Shown one piece after another: positions 24,429-35,857 of a stretch of DNA of 64,000 nucleotides. The notes under the pieces were generated by a model that saw only the letters and a program-made list of their open reading frames with translations, had not been told where the DNA came from and ran no database searches. The position numbers were made by a program, and so were the translations under genes. The number at the start of each line of letters is the position of its first letter. The stretch's first letter is position 1. This stretch comes from Neophaeotheca triangularis (lineage: Eukaryota). The stretch is from contig BAAIJX010000011.1 in the NCBI GenBank assembly GCA_054600435.1, positions 434,001 through 498,000 on the forward strand, read 5' to 3'.

Positions 24429-26201
24429 TCAAGCAGTCTCGAGCGTGCACTCCTCCCCTTCCAAACAATAAGGCATCTGAATCGGATACGCCCTGACGCC
24501 CCTGGCCACCAGCCTCTCCCTCATCTCACTCAATCTCGGCGCGGCGTCAACCTGACTGCGGTTCCTGCCCTCGGCATCCTTGGCACCGCTCCAAAGCACC
24601 TCGCCCGCCGCCGCAGCACGCGGCCAAACCATGTCGTCCAAATTCACCGTGTCCGTCTGCTCGCTCCAGATGTGCACTTCGCCGCCGAGAACGAGGTGGT
24701 GGTTCTCTTCCGCTATCCCCGTCAGTGGGTCGTAGCTGTAAATGAGTCGCCAGTTCTTGTACGGGTCGCAGTAGTCCTGGTACGGCCAGTATTGATCCGC
24801 GATTTCCTGTGGGAAATTGAGCCACTGGCCCCGGCCGCAGTCGAGGTACCAGTAGTTGTAGTTGCCGGCGAGTCCGCGGTAACCCCTACTCACGATTTCA
24901 GCGAGTGAGGTGTCGCTTAGCCAGGACTGGATGATGGTTGTATCCGGCAGGGTGAGGTTCCAGTCTAGCAGCATCTCTTCCCAGACTACGGGGGTGAAGG
25001 AGGAGGCGGCCAGTTGGGCGAGGTTGCGGTCCATGAATTGCTGCATCAGTGGTTGCAGGACGCTGCTGAGGTTGGAGTTTACCGTGTCGTCGAAGAGGTA
25101 GGCTTGCATGTTTACTTCGTCGCCACCGAGGTGAAAGGTCTGGGTGTATGGGGAGAGACGGGGCAGGAGGTCGGCGAAGAGGGTTTCGAGGAAGTCGTGG
25201 ACGGCTGTGGAATTCAGTTTGAGGCTGCCGGTTGGGGGCTGGTTGGCGTATTCGGATGTGTAGGGCTGGATGTTGAAGGCGGCAATGAGTTCGGGGTGCG
25301 AGTACCAGATTGAAGATGTGTGGCCCGGTTGATCGATCTCCATGACGACTTCCACGCCTAGAAGAGCACCGTATTTCTGGATGGCTTTGACCTCCTCGGG
25401 CGAGTAGGTCTGGCCTTTGACGTAGCGTCCTTTTTCGGCGAGGTCGGGCAGACAGGGTACTTCGAGAGGCCAGGACTGCGAGTCCGTAATGTGCCAGTGT
25501 AAGCGGTTCATCTTGTTGTAAGAGAGAGCGTCGATCTGGCGGTACATGTCAGCCACGGGCTTGAAGGTCCTCGAAGTGTCGACATTAAGCCCTCGCCAGG
25601 GGAACATGGGAGAGTCTGCAATCTCCACTGGAGCGAAGGGACTGTAAGTGCCACCGTTGCTGTGCTCGTAGAATAGCTGCGTGAAGGTCGTCAAGCCGTA
25701 AAGGATCCCGATTGACGAAACGCCGGTAATGACAACATCGCCGTCTTCTGAAACAATCAACGTGTAGGACTCGTCGACGCTGCCAACTTTCGGTCTATTA
25801 ATGTCGTCGGGGTCCGACTGATTTCGCTGTAGGACGATGGATTTGACAAACGTTTGATCCTCGGTCGAGGGCTCGAAGTCCGATGTTCGATTGTGAAACT
25901 TCCAAGGAACGAAATTCTTCTTGAACAGAGTGTCGTACGTTCGCTCTACAGCATTGGTCACGATGTCTCCAGCATCGTTGTCTTTTCTGATTGACGGATT
26001 CTCGTCGTAGCTCTACAAAAGATCAGCGGGTGGCTCCATGTTTTCGTAAGACTGGACATACATAAGAAGCGCCATTGTAGTTGATCTTGACATTTTCGTC
26101 TATCCAATTACGCTGTCGCCGTGAGTATATGTGGAAGGCAATGGCCATATCGCCGACGCGCTGCCCACGAGCAGGGCGGCCGCAAGAGTTGGGAAGAGCA
26201 T
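24429..26201 (-). CDS. Beta-N-acetylhexosaminidase (GH20), secreted; 1-nt frameshift near 26106 and intron at 26061-26013
   Basis: Signal peptide MLFPTLAAALLVGSASA followed by IWPLP. GH20 motifs WRGLNVDTSR, KMNRLHWHITDSQSWP, EIDQPGH, catalytic FHLGGDEVN, WYLDCG, LGGEVHIWSEQ, WPRAAAAGEVLW. Confidence 0.9.
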
Positions 26202-26700
26202 GACTTCTATGAGATCCTCGGGGATTCCGGAGTGGTATCGGTCGAGCCTTCCTTGGCAGAGCAAAGAGGATAGAAACAGAAGAAAGATACCTAGGTAGGA
26301 AAAGGGAAATGATGGAACCTCTTTTTGACCGAGGGAGGGCACTGCGGTAATACTTTAAAGCATTAATTGTGGGGGTCCCGGCAGCGGGGATCTTAGGCAG
26401 AGTGGGGTTTGGGGATGGTCAAGACGTTACACCCGCTATCAAACCAAAACTCACCCGTCCCGACCCCGATATCAGCAAGAGAGAATGCCATGCCCGTTCC
26501 GATGCAGTGGGATTGAATGACAATGAAAAGTTCACCGTCCTTAGTGCTACACGCGTGAGGTTTGGCTGTCATAAGGGGGCACCTCTGCGGCAAGAACTGA
26601 GGATCTTTACTCCTGTTGAACGTATCCGCAGGCATCGCGAGCGGTGGAACACTGGAAGCTGTTTGGCTAGGTTAGATTACTTTCGGATGGCCGTCCGATT

Positions 26701-28177
26701 TCACAACGGCAGCTTCTTGTGCTTGTACTGCCTTCCACCAGATCCGTACATAGCCGCACCTTGCCCATTACCCGAGAGACGATACTCGTGAATCATCAGA
26801 CCCTCAAGACCAACGGGACCCCTTGCGTGCACCTTGTTGGTGCTGATACCCACTTCCGTACCAAAGCCGAACCTCATACCATCGCAGAATCGAGTACTGC
26901 AATTCCAGAATTTGCATGCGGAATCTACAGCGTTGCAAAAGCGATCGGCCACCTCCTTAGAAGCGGTGATGATGGCGTCTGTGTGATGCGAGCCGTGCGT
27001 ATTAATGTGCTCAATGGCTTCGTCTACAGCGGCCGTCGAATTGGAGGAGTTGGCGGGTATAGTCTTGATGGCCAGAGTCAAGTCGAGGAACTCGGTATCG
27101 TAGTCTGCTTCAGACACGTCTCGTAGCCCCGCCGCTTCGCCTTTGGTAAGTTTGCTAGATAGAGCGGCATTGGATGGGCCATCGCAGCGCAACGAGACAC
27201 CCTTTGCAATCAGAGCCGACGCAACAGCAGGCAATAAAGTCCCTAGAACATCCTCATGAACCAAAAGCGTCTCGACTGCATTGCAGGCTGCCGGGTAGTC
27301 TGTCTTCGAGTCGACGACCACGCTAACTGCCATGTCTTTGTCTGCGTCCGAATGCAAGTAAAGGCTGCAAAGTCCGTCTGCGTGGCCAAGTACTGGCATG
27401 TGCGCCTTGATCTGGCAGTGTCTCACCAGTTCATTGGAGCCTCTGGGAATGACTAAATCGATGTATTGACTGAGCTCCAGCAAAGGATCAACGGCATCAC
27501 GAGTAGTGACCAGTTGGATGGAATCGTTGGGCACCTTGGTGGAATCAAGAGCGTTCGAAATCACGGTCGAGATGGCCTTGAAAGATTCAGTTGACTCTTT
27601 GCCGCCTTTCAAAATAGCAGCGTTGGCTGACTTGATAGCCAAAGACGCAATGTTTGCTATGACCTCGGGGCGCGCTTCGAAAATGATCAAGAGAACACCG
27701 ATCGGACATGTCTGTCGCTGCAGAATCAGACCGTCGTCGAGTTCTGTCATTAGGTCCACCCTGCCGACTGAGTACGTCAGCAGGGTGTTCAGTAAAAAGA
27801 AAAAATAAATCAGACGAATGCAGAATCTGTTCGCCAGCACCAAATTCACGTAATGAAAGACTTAGAGGCCACCTACCTGGATCTTCGAGCTCACGAACAT
27901 CTTTGATACCCTGCAGCATGTCGTCGAACTGGCCGGGTCTCGAGAGGTCCAATCGTTTGAGGATGCTTTGACTCAGCTCGCCATTGGCTGCCGACTTCTT
28001 TGCGAGCTCCAAGTCCTGAGCATTGGCCGACAAGATGTCTTCCCTGGCAGCTGAAAGGGCACGGTGAACTTCGGTCAGTGCTTCGTTTCTGGCCTCGGTG
28101 GACAAGGTAGCAAGCGTTCTGGAAGAAATCTTCGCAGAACGGGCGGCCTCTTGCGGCGAGGCGTTTGTAAGGGACAT
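26701..28177 (-). CDS. PRO2: Gamma-glutamyl phosphate reductase; exons 28177-27877 and 27767-26701
   Basis: Motifs PIGVLLIIFEARP, LKGGKE, IDLVIPRGS, VLGHADGLC, DYPAACNAVETLL, GSHHTD, STRFCDGMRFGFGTEVGIST, HARGPVGLEGL. Intron GTAGGT...CTGAC...CAG gives DP-V-GRV. Confidence 0.95.
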
Positions 28178-28903
28178 GGCTACGGCTCGTAGGAACAGTA
28201 GTCGAATTGCGAGATGGTAAAGGTTGAAATCGGACTGATATAGCTCGAGATTATTAAAGGAAGATTCGATTCTGTCGTCGTTGCCGGATCGGGAGTCATC
28301 GACGGTCGGGTGAATATTGGGTACTTCCGAGATGCCAAGATATACCGTCTTCTAAGATTGTACAGGTACCTACTTTACCTACTGTAGGTAGGTTATGTTA
28401 CAGGTACCTAGGTAGATTTTACAGGTAGCTGCGGCTTATCAGCGGGCGCCGGCAAGCTTCCCGGACCCGTCCGAGCTCCCGCCCCGTTTCCCCCAGCCAC
28501 CGAACGTGGCAGACTTGCCAGCCTCACAAACAGCTTCAGCACTCTGGCCAGCGTTCTAAATCTCTCACAGCAACGGACGATCATCACAACACACTCGCGT
28601 CTTGTTCCAAGCTTCTTCGCGCTGACGCGTGCCAGGTAAGTGCGATGGCTGGGTACCTGGACCATCTGGAGTTAGTAGTCAGGTCTTTTTCCATCTTTGG
28701 CGCACTTATGCTCCTTGCCTACCGACATCGTACTGCCCTGTACTCCACTTCCATTCCTCCTCACAAGCGAGCATCTCCATCCTCGTCTTCCTAAAACCCA
28801 AGCAAAAACATTTCCATCACTGCAGCATCCCTTCTACCCCTTCTCGAGAAACTCCATCACTTCGAACTCGAGGGGCATGCTATCCCCTATAGCTTTCCTG
28901 GCC

Positions 28904-30069
28904 ATGCGACCTTCGTTGCGCCTCGCGAGCTTAGCAACCATCGCCGCTCTAATATTCCCCGAGAAAGCGTTATCACAGACGTTCAGCGAGTGCAATCCCA
29001 CGACTGAGTCCGGATGTCAGCCAAACCCAGCGCTTGGCTCATCCTTTTCCACTGACTTTAGATCTGGCCCTTCCGATCAATTCACTGGCACCGGAAACCC
29101 GACCTACGACTCCGATGGCGTTTCGTTCGTCGTCGCCCAACCAGGCGACGCTCCTACACTATCGTCCGAATGGTACATCATGTTCGGACGCTTAGAGGTC
29201 ACGATGAAGGCGGCACCGGGAGCAGGCATCGTCAGCTCTGCGGTCTTGCTCTCCGACACATTGGATGAGATTGACTGGGAATGGCTTGGAGCGCAAAACG
29301 ATGAAGTTCAAAGCAATTTCTTTGGACAGGGTCAAACAACAAGCTACGATCGGGCTGCGGTACACTCAATCGGCGACACACAAGGCAATTTCCACACCTA
29401 CACAATCGACTGGACCGAGAACCAGATCGTGTGGCAGATTGACGGGGAAACAGTCCGAGTGCTTGCCGCAGACGCTGCTCAAGGACAGTACCCGCAAAGC
29501 CCCTGCCAAGTCAGAATCGGTGCATGGAGTGGTGGTGACCCTAACAATGCTCAAGGTACCATCGATTGGGCCCAGGGACCAACGGACTTCTCTGCCGGTC
29601 CTTTCACCATGGTGGTCCAGTCTGTGTCAGTGACTGACTATTCGACGGGCTCGCAATATGCCTATGGCGACCAGAGCGGCAAGTGGACCTCGATCATGTC
29701 CACTGGCGGGAGGGTCAATGGCAACGCCGACGGTTCCCATATTGACGCCGATGCACCCGAGATTACATCAACGACCTCAGGAAATCAGCCAGGCGGTTGG
29801 GGTCCTCCATCCACCTTCAGCAGCGCCGTCGTCACGAACACTAATTACCCCGGCCTTCCATCTGGGTGGGTTGTCAACAGTGATGGCAAAGTCCGTCCAC
29901 CCAGTGCGGCCCCTGTGAGTAAGCACCATATCCCTTATTCCTAAGCGTCCGTGCACTTTATTGTTGAACGATTGCTAACATGCTCTCTTCAGTCGACGTC
30001 CCAGCCCGCCTCGTCTACCTTATCGCCGGCTCCGTCAGCCTCGGGATTCTGCTCGGATGCAGCATATGA
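28904..30069 (+). CDS. Crh-family GH16, short GPI-anchored isoform from the alternative donor at 29919; exons 28904-29918 and 29993-30069 (363 aa)
   Basis: Donor GTAAGC at 29919 spliced to the same acceptor gives ...PPSAAPVIDVPARLVYLIAGSVSLGILLGCSI*, a small-residue omega region plus hydrophobic tail. Confidence 0.7.
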
Positions 30070-30460
30070 AGTCCAGACGCAGTTCAATGAGCAAGGATTC
30101 TTGACTACGGTCACAGCACCTGCAGGCATTTCCACCGGCTTCGATAACCGCGGCTTTCCAACGACCAGATACCCCTCAAATTGTGCGACGAAGAATTACC
30201 CATTCCAAGTGGGAGCGGTTCTGGGACAGGGCAACGAACAAGACGCTCAAACGTCCACTGGAGAGCAAGGCTCTGGTAATGGAGTGCTCACGGTCACTGC
30301 CGCCTCTTCTGAAGGGACAGAGACGCCTTCTCAGAGCGATGGGAGTCAGACTGAAGAAACTGAAGGGTCGCAATCCGAAGGTAGTGTGGCTGGATTGCGG
30401 TGGGAAGCGACGGTCTTCTCTTTGATACTAGCGATAGTGCTCGCGTTGGGAATTGCATAG
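28904..30460 (+). CDS. Crh-family GH16 chitin/glucan transglycosylase, GPI-anchored; long isoform with exons 28904-29914 and 29993-30460 (492 aa)
   Basis: Signal peptide followed by QTFSECNP; YIMFGR, GIVSS, catalytic DEIDWE, FHTYTIDWT, YPQSP. Donor GTGAGT at 29915, branch GCTAAC at 29974, acceptor AG at 29991-29992. Hydrophobic C-terminal tail TVFSLILAIVLALGIA. Probable 5'UTR intron donor GTAAGT at 28636. Confidence 0.88.
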
Positions 30461-30975
30461 CGAATGGCGTCTCTGCCGGACCAAGTGCTGGTGTGCTGGC
30501 ATGTACAGACTGGGCATTCGCATTCGCATTTGAAGGCAGAGAGAGGCTTTGGGGTCAAACGTGGGTGGGATTGGGTAACGAATGAATTACGATGCGCTTA
30601 CGAACTGGTGGCCTTGTCACATTGGACATAAGTACTATGAAGTAGGTAGTACCTGACAAAGCTGATACGATATCTTATACCAGTTTACTACAATACATAT
30701 AAGTCACCTTATTTATAGCCCGTGATTAGGAGACAGCAGATTAATCACGTGCTCGTTCTGGAGAACCTTTTACTAAACGCTTCCCCACAGACGGGTCCAG
30801 GTACATACGAATGGAGCTAGAGCCAGTAGTAGTAGTGCAAGATGGGGTAAGGTACTTGTCATAGGCTCCGATTAAACCGGTGGAAGCCGCGTTGATGGTG
30901 TTATTGTCGTGTTGTCTTGAAAAGTCTCTGACGGACCATAGCTAACTTACAGCGCCCGACGCTTCTGGCTGTAGG

Positions 30976-30983
30976 TATAAATA
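30976..30983 (+). promoter_or_regulatory. TATA box (TATAAATA) upstream of the NAD-GDH gene; a 5'UTR intron follows at 31117-31230
   Basis: Consensus TATAAATA. Downstream CAG|GTAAGC...CTGAC...TACAG lies before the ATG at 31311. Confidence 0.55.
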
Positions 30984-31310
30984 TCACGTAAAGACCGAGC
31001 CTGAGCCTGTGTGCCAATAATGCATTGCATGGCTCTTTCCAATCCATAAACTCTCCCCCAGCCTAGACCCGATCCTCCATACAGTACTTAACGTACCGCA
31101 AGACAAGGCTGAGCAGGTAAGCAACATGCTCTGGTGTCGGGTGAGATCCAGAGTGGTCCATGGTGAAGCTGTCAATGCAGCGGTAGCTCAGTTCCTTGCC
31201 GGAGGCCTGTATTCTGACGGCGTCGTACAGCCAGCCCGATCACCGCCTCCAGAGTCTCATCCTAACAACGTCCGAACGACCAATTGATCCATCCCGGCCT
31301 TGATACAATC

Positions 31311-34300
31311 ATGGCGGACAACAGCAATGGCAATGGCAAGCTCGACGGAGCCAGCGGTAGTGGACCGCATAACAAGCTCCTCGAGCAGATTATCAGAACT
31401 CCTCAGCGCCAGCCTTCCCCCCAACCCACTCACTTGTCGGTGCCGGGGTCGAAAATACCCAAAGTCCTCCACGAGTCTGGCTCAGGCTACGTGGCGCCCA
31501 AGTTCGAGGGCAAGGAGAAGCAAATGGACGAGGTCATGGATTCCGTGGAAGAGAAAGGCTTCATTCCGCCCGAGTTTGTAGAGCAAGAGACGAAGTGGTT
31601 CTACGAGGAGCTTGGCATCGACGACATGTACTTCAGCACGGAGAGTGTGGATGCGATTGTCAGCAACATACACTCGCTGTGGGCAGCCAAGGTCGCGGCT
31701 TATGCAAGAGATGATAAGCAGCTGGAGATTAGGTTGGACAAGGAGGCTGCGGACCATGCGCTGTACATTGACACGAGCAAGCCAGGTGTGTCGACCCCCG
31801 ATGGTCCAAAGTATGAGGCCAGGCTAGAGAGCAAGTACCTCGACGGCAGCAGAGGAGCCAACAGCTACCGCGTCGAGACTTTCAGGTCGAGTAGCAAGTT
31901 GCCAGGCGACACGGAGCAGCAGTTGAGGTGCTACTTCGTCTACCAGTCGATCTTCAAGAACAGCAAGCCGGCTGCTGACGAGACGCGGGTGGAGGAGCTG
32001 GCCGATGTACGCTTCATGCAGAAGGCCACCAAGAACACTCTCGAAATCTACCAGCAGACGATGGACAAGGCCGTCAGCAGGACAGGGCCAGTCATCGAGC
32101 TTTTCGATATCGAAGGTACCCGAGAGAAGCGAGTGATTGTTGGTTTCAAGCAAGGGTCCGCACTTGGTCTGTTCACTGCGCTGAGTGATCTCTACCACTA
32201 CTACGGTCTTACGAGCTCCAGGAAGTACGTTGAGCAGTTCTCAAACGGCATCTCAATCATGTCCATTTACCTCAAGCCGGCGTTCGGGTCTTCAAACAAA
32301 TACCCTCCGATCGAGGCGAGCATCCACCAAGTCGTCAAGGAGCTCTCTCTGCTCTATTGTATCCCGCAGAACCGATTGCAGTCGCATTTCAGCCAGGGGA
32401 GGCTCTCACTCCAGGAGGCCATCTACGCGCATTGCGTCTGGGTGTTCGTGCAGCAATTCCTCAACAGATTGGGCACTGAGTATACGACGCTTCAGTCAAT
32501 GCTTGACACGAGCAACAACGCCCACGCAGAGCTGCTCTCGAAGCTGAAGAAACGCCTGAGGAACGAGACCTTCACAGCCGACTACATCCTCGAAATCATC
32601 AACCAGTACCCGGACTTGATTCGCCCACTTTATCTGTCATTCGCCACGACTCATTATGTTCAAACTCGCGGCGAGCAAGACAACTTCCTGCCCACCCTCT
32701 CTTACCTCCGTCTCAAGGTCGAGCGTGTCATGACCGATGAGGAGCTTGGCGACTTAATATCACAGACTGCCGTGAACGAGCATCACGAGCTGGTCATGTC
32801 CGCTTTCCGCACCTTCAATAAGGCCATCGTCAAGACCAACTTTTACACGCCCACCAAGGTTGCTTTGTCGTTCCGTCTCAACCCGAGCTTCCTGCCTGAA
32901 GAGGAGTATCCGCAACCACTGTACGGCATGTTCCTGGTCATCAGCTCCGAGTTCCGGGGTTTCCATCTTCGATTCAGGGATATTGCACGCGGCGGTATCC
33001 GCATCGTGAAGTCAAGGAGTAAGGAGGCGTACGCTATCAACGCTCGCAGCCTTTTCGACGAGAACTACAACCTTGCGAATACGCAGCAAAGAAAAAACAA
33101 GGACATCCCAGAGGGCGGCAGCAAGGGTGTGATATTACTTGACGTTCAACACCAGGACAAAGCCACGGTGGCTTTTGAGAAGTACATTGACAGTATCATG
33201 GACCTGCTCTTGCCGCCGACTAGCCCTGGCATCAAAGATCCAATTGTCGACCTTGACAACAAAGAAGAGATTCTCTTCATGGGTCCGGATGAGAATACTG
33301 CCGATCTCGTCGACTGGGCTACTGAGCATGCAAGAGCAAGAGGTGCGCCGTGGTGGAAATCGTTCTTCACGGGCAAGTCACCCAAGCTTGGTGGTATCCC
33401 CCACGATCACTATGGCATGACCACCCTCAGCGTGAGGGAATACGTCCTTGGCATCTACAGGAAACTCGAGCTCGACGAAACCCAAGTGAGCAAATTGCAG
33501 ACTGGCGGTCCGGACGGCGATCTTGGAAGCAACGAAATCCTGCTTGGTAGGGAGAAGTACTGCGCCATCGTTGACGGTAGCGGCGTGCTCGTTGACCCGC
33601 AAGGCCTTGATCGTGCAGAGTTGCTCAGGTTGGCGAAGGAACGCAAGATGGTCTCGAACTACGACGCTTCAAAGATCTCCAAAGAAGGCTACCTTGTCCT
33701 CGTCGACCAAACCAACATCACGCTGCCTTCTGGCGAAGTGGTGCACAACGGCACAACCTTCCGCAATACCTTCCATCTACGAGGCAAGGAACAGTACGAG
33801 ATGTTTGTCCCTTGCGGAGGCCGGCCGGAAAGTATCGACTTCTCATCGGCGTCGAAGCTCATCAGCAATGGCAAGGCAATTGTGCCGTACATCGTCGAGG
33901 GCGCCAACTTGTTCATTACGCAAGAAGCCAAGCTGCGTCTTGAAAAGGCAGGCTGCATCGTGTTCAAAGACGCCTCTGCCAACAAGGGTGGCGTGACCTC
34001 CTCGTCTCTCGAGGTGCTGGCCTCTCTATCCTTCGACGACGACGGCTTCATAGAGAACATGTGCATCAAGCCCGACGGTACGGTGCCGGACTTCTACAAG
34101 TCTTACGTCAAGGAAGTCCAAGGTATTATTCAGAACAATGCCCGCTTGGAATTCGAAGCAATCTGGCGTGAGAACCAGGAGACTGGCATCTCGCGCAGTG
34201 TGCTCTCCGATCGTCTCTCCATGGCTATCACGAAGATGGACGAGGAGCTGCAAGGTACTGGCCTCTGGGATAACGTTGAGCTGCGCAACAGCGTCCTCGG

Positions 34301-34556
34301 GGATGCCCTGCCAAAGATGCTGCTTCAGGAGATCGGGCTTGAGAAGATCCTTCAAAGGGTGAGTGCTCGATTGCAAGGTGAACTAGAGGGACTGTGAGTA
34401 ACTAACCGCGTGGTTTAGGTGCCCGACAACTACCTCCGTGCCATTTTTGGCTCTTTCTTGGCCAGTCGCTTCATCTACTCGATGGGCATATCAGCCTCAC
34501 CGGTTTCCTTTTACGCTTTCATGAACCAGCGTATGGCCGCGGCACAGAAGGCATGA
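31311..34556 (+). CDS. GDH2: NAD-specific glutamate dehydrogenase (large fungal type); exons 31311-34358 and 34419-34556
   Basis: Motifs RQPSPQPTHL, SGYVAPKFEGK, FHLRFRDIARGGIRIV, KNKDIPEGGSKG, GPDENTA, QTGGPDGDLGSNE, EGANLF, DASANKGGVTSSS. Intron GTGAGT...CTAAC...TTAG gives QR-VPDNYLRAIFGSFLASRFIY. Confidence 0.96.
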
Positions 34557-35158
34557 CCAACCTGCGCATGGCACGGTAATTTCGGAAGAAGCATTGCAGT
34601 CGGCGTTCTCAAGTGGGCGTAACACAAAAGCAGGAATGTGGTCAGGGGTGGACAACAGCGCTCGGACGAACAAATGCATTCTTCAGGCGTAACAACAAAA
34701 GCGCAAAAGCAAATGAGTGGTTAGAAGCTTCGTAGACAAAGCAATGTCAAGTAATTGGGCTACTGACGGGATTCTAGAGGCTGATGCTTTATTTTGACGT
34801 GCGAGTAGAGGTTTGAGCCCAGACCCCTTCTCCCGAAAGTTCGGCTGCGCTTTACAGCTACCACCTACCATCCCCTCTTGTTGACAACGAACTGCGCCTC
34901 CACCATCTCCTGTCACTCTCCACTCTCCAAAGCGCGCGTTGATCTTGCACCTTCGCTTCAACTCATCCTAAAAGGTATGTCAAGTCTACTGCTCACTCGA
35001 GAGGCGCTGGTCCCAAACCTCGCTCCTTGAGCGCGTCGGCCACGTCTTAACGCGCCTTGTGCTCCTCGTTGCATCTCTAAAACAAAAACTAACTTTGCGC
35101 GCAGCTCCACTCGAAGGGAACCAATCTCTGTTTCACTTACCCCACCTACATCACCACA

Positions 35159-35857
35159 ATGGCAGCCACCAAACGCGCCACCCCAGAGCCAACCGCTGTC
35201 CAGCGCCGCAGCTCCCGCGTCAAGGAGCAGGTCAAAGCAGCCGAAAATAAGGCGGCCAAGGCTGCACAGGAAGTTAAGGCCAACATCTCCAAGCCACGCA
35301 CCGCTGCGAAGCCAAAGGCCAAAACCGCGGCTGCCACCAAAAAGACGCCAGCTACCAAGGCCAAGACTACCAAAGCGAAAACCACCACCAAGGCCGCCAA
35401 GCCAGCCGCCGCCCCAAAGAAAAAGGCTGCTGCTACCACCAAGGCCAGGGCGCCTTCTCCTGCTAAGAGCAAGGCTAGGGTGACCACCACCACGAAGGGT
35501 AAACCCTCAGCCGGCATCAAGAAGTCTCCCCCGAGGAAGCGCGCCACAACCACAACGAAGCCCAAGGCCGACAAAAAGACTGCCCACACCGAGGAGTCTT
35601 GGTCCAACATGGTGCCGGACATGGACGACGTGACCAACACGCTTCATGGGGCCGTCGACAGCGCGAAAGGCGTTGTCAACAAGGTACGTGATGCTACTCA
35701 CCCTGAGCATCCGATGTCGCGTCTCCCCCTCAGAACTCTGCGTTCTAACACTGTGGCCTCGCGCGTTTAGGCGCTGCAGCAGGCTCCCCAAATGTCCCCT
35801 GGAGGTGCGAGAGGCAAATCTGCTTCTCCGAAGAGGAGTTTGACTGCCGGGCATTAG
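35159..35857 (+). CDS. Lys/Ala/Thr-rich basic protein resembling a histone H1 tail; exons 35159-35683 and 35771-35857, 5'UTR intron 34975-35104
   Basis: Low-complexity AAKPKAKTAAATKKTPATKAKTTKAK. Intron GTACGT...CTAAC...TTAG gives NK-ALQQAPQMSPGGARGKSASPKRSLTAGH*. No globular H1 domain seen. Confidence 0.75.

Noticed and set aside
9904..34556. Allantoicase, PRO2 and GDH2 as a nitrogen/glutamate metabolism cluster
   Set aside because: Different pathways, separated by unrelated genes, with no shared regulator gene. Ordinary gene order.
35684..35770. Intron retention in the H1-like gene would end the protein in -SRV, a possible cryptic PTS1
   Set aside because: SRV is a poor match to [SAC][KRH][LM], and the stop is simply the acceptor TAG. 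I also found no TGA-CTA readthrough/PTS1 extension at the gene ends I checked.
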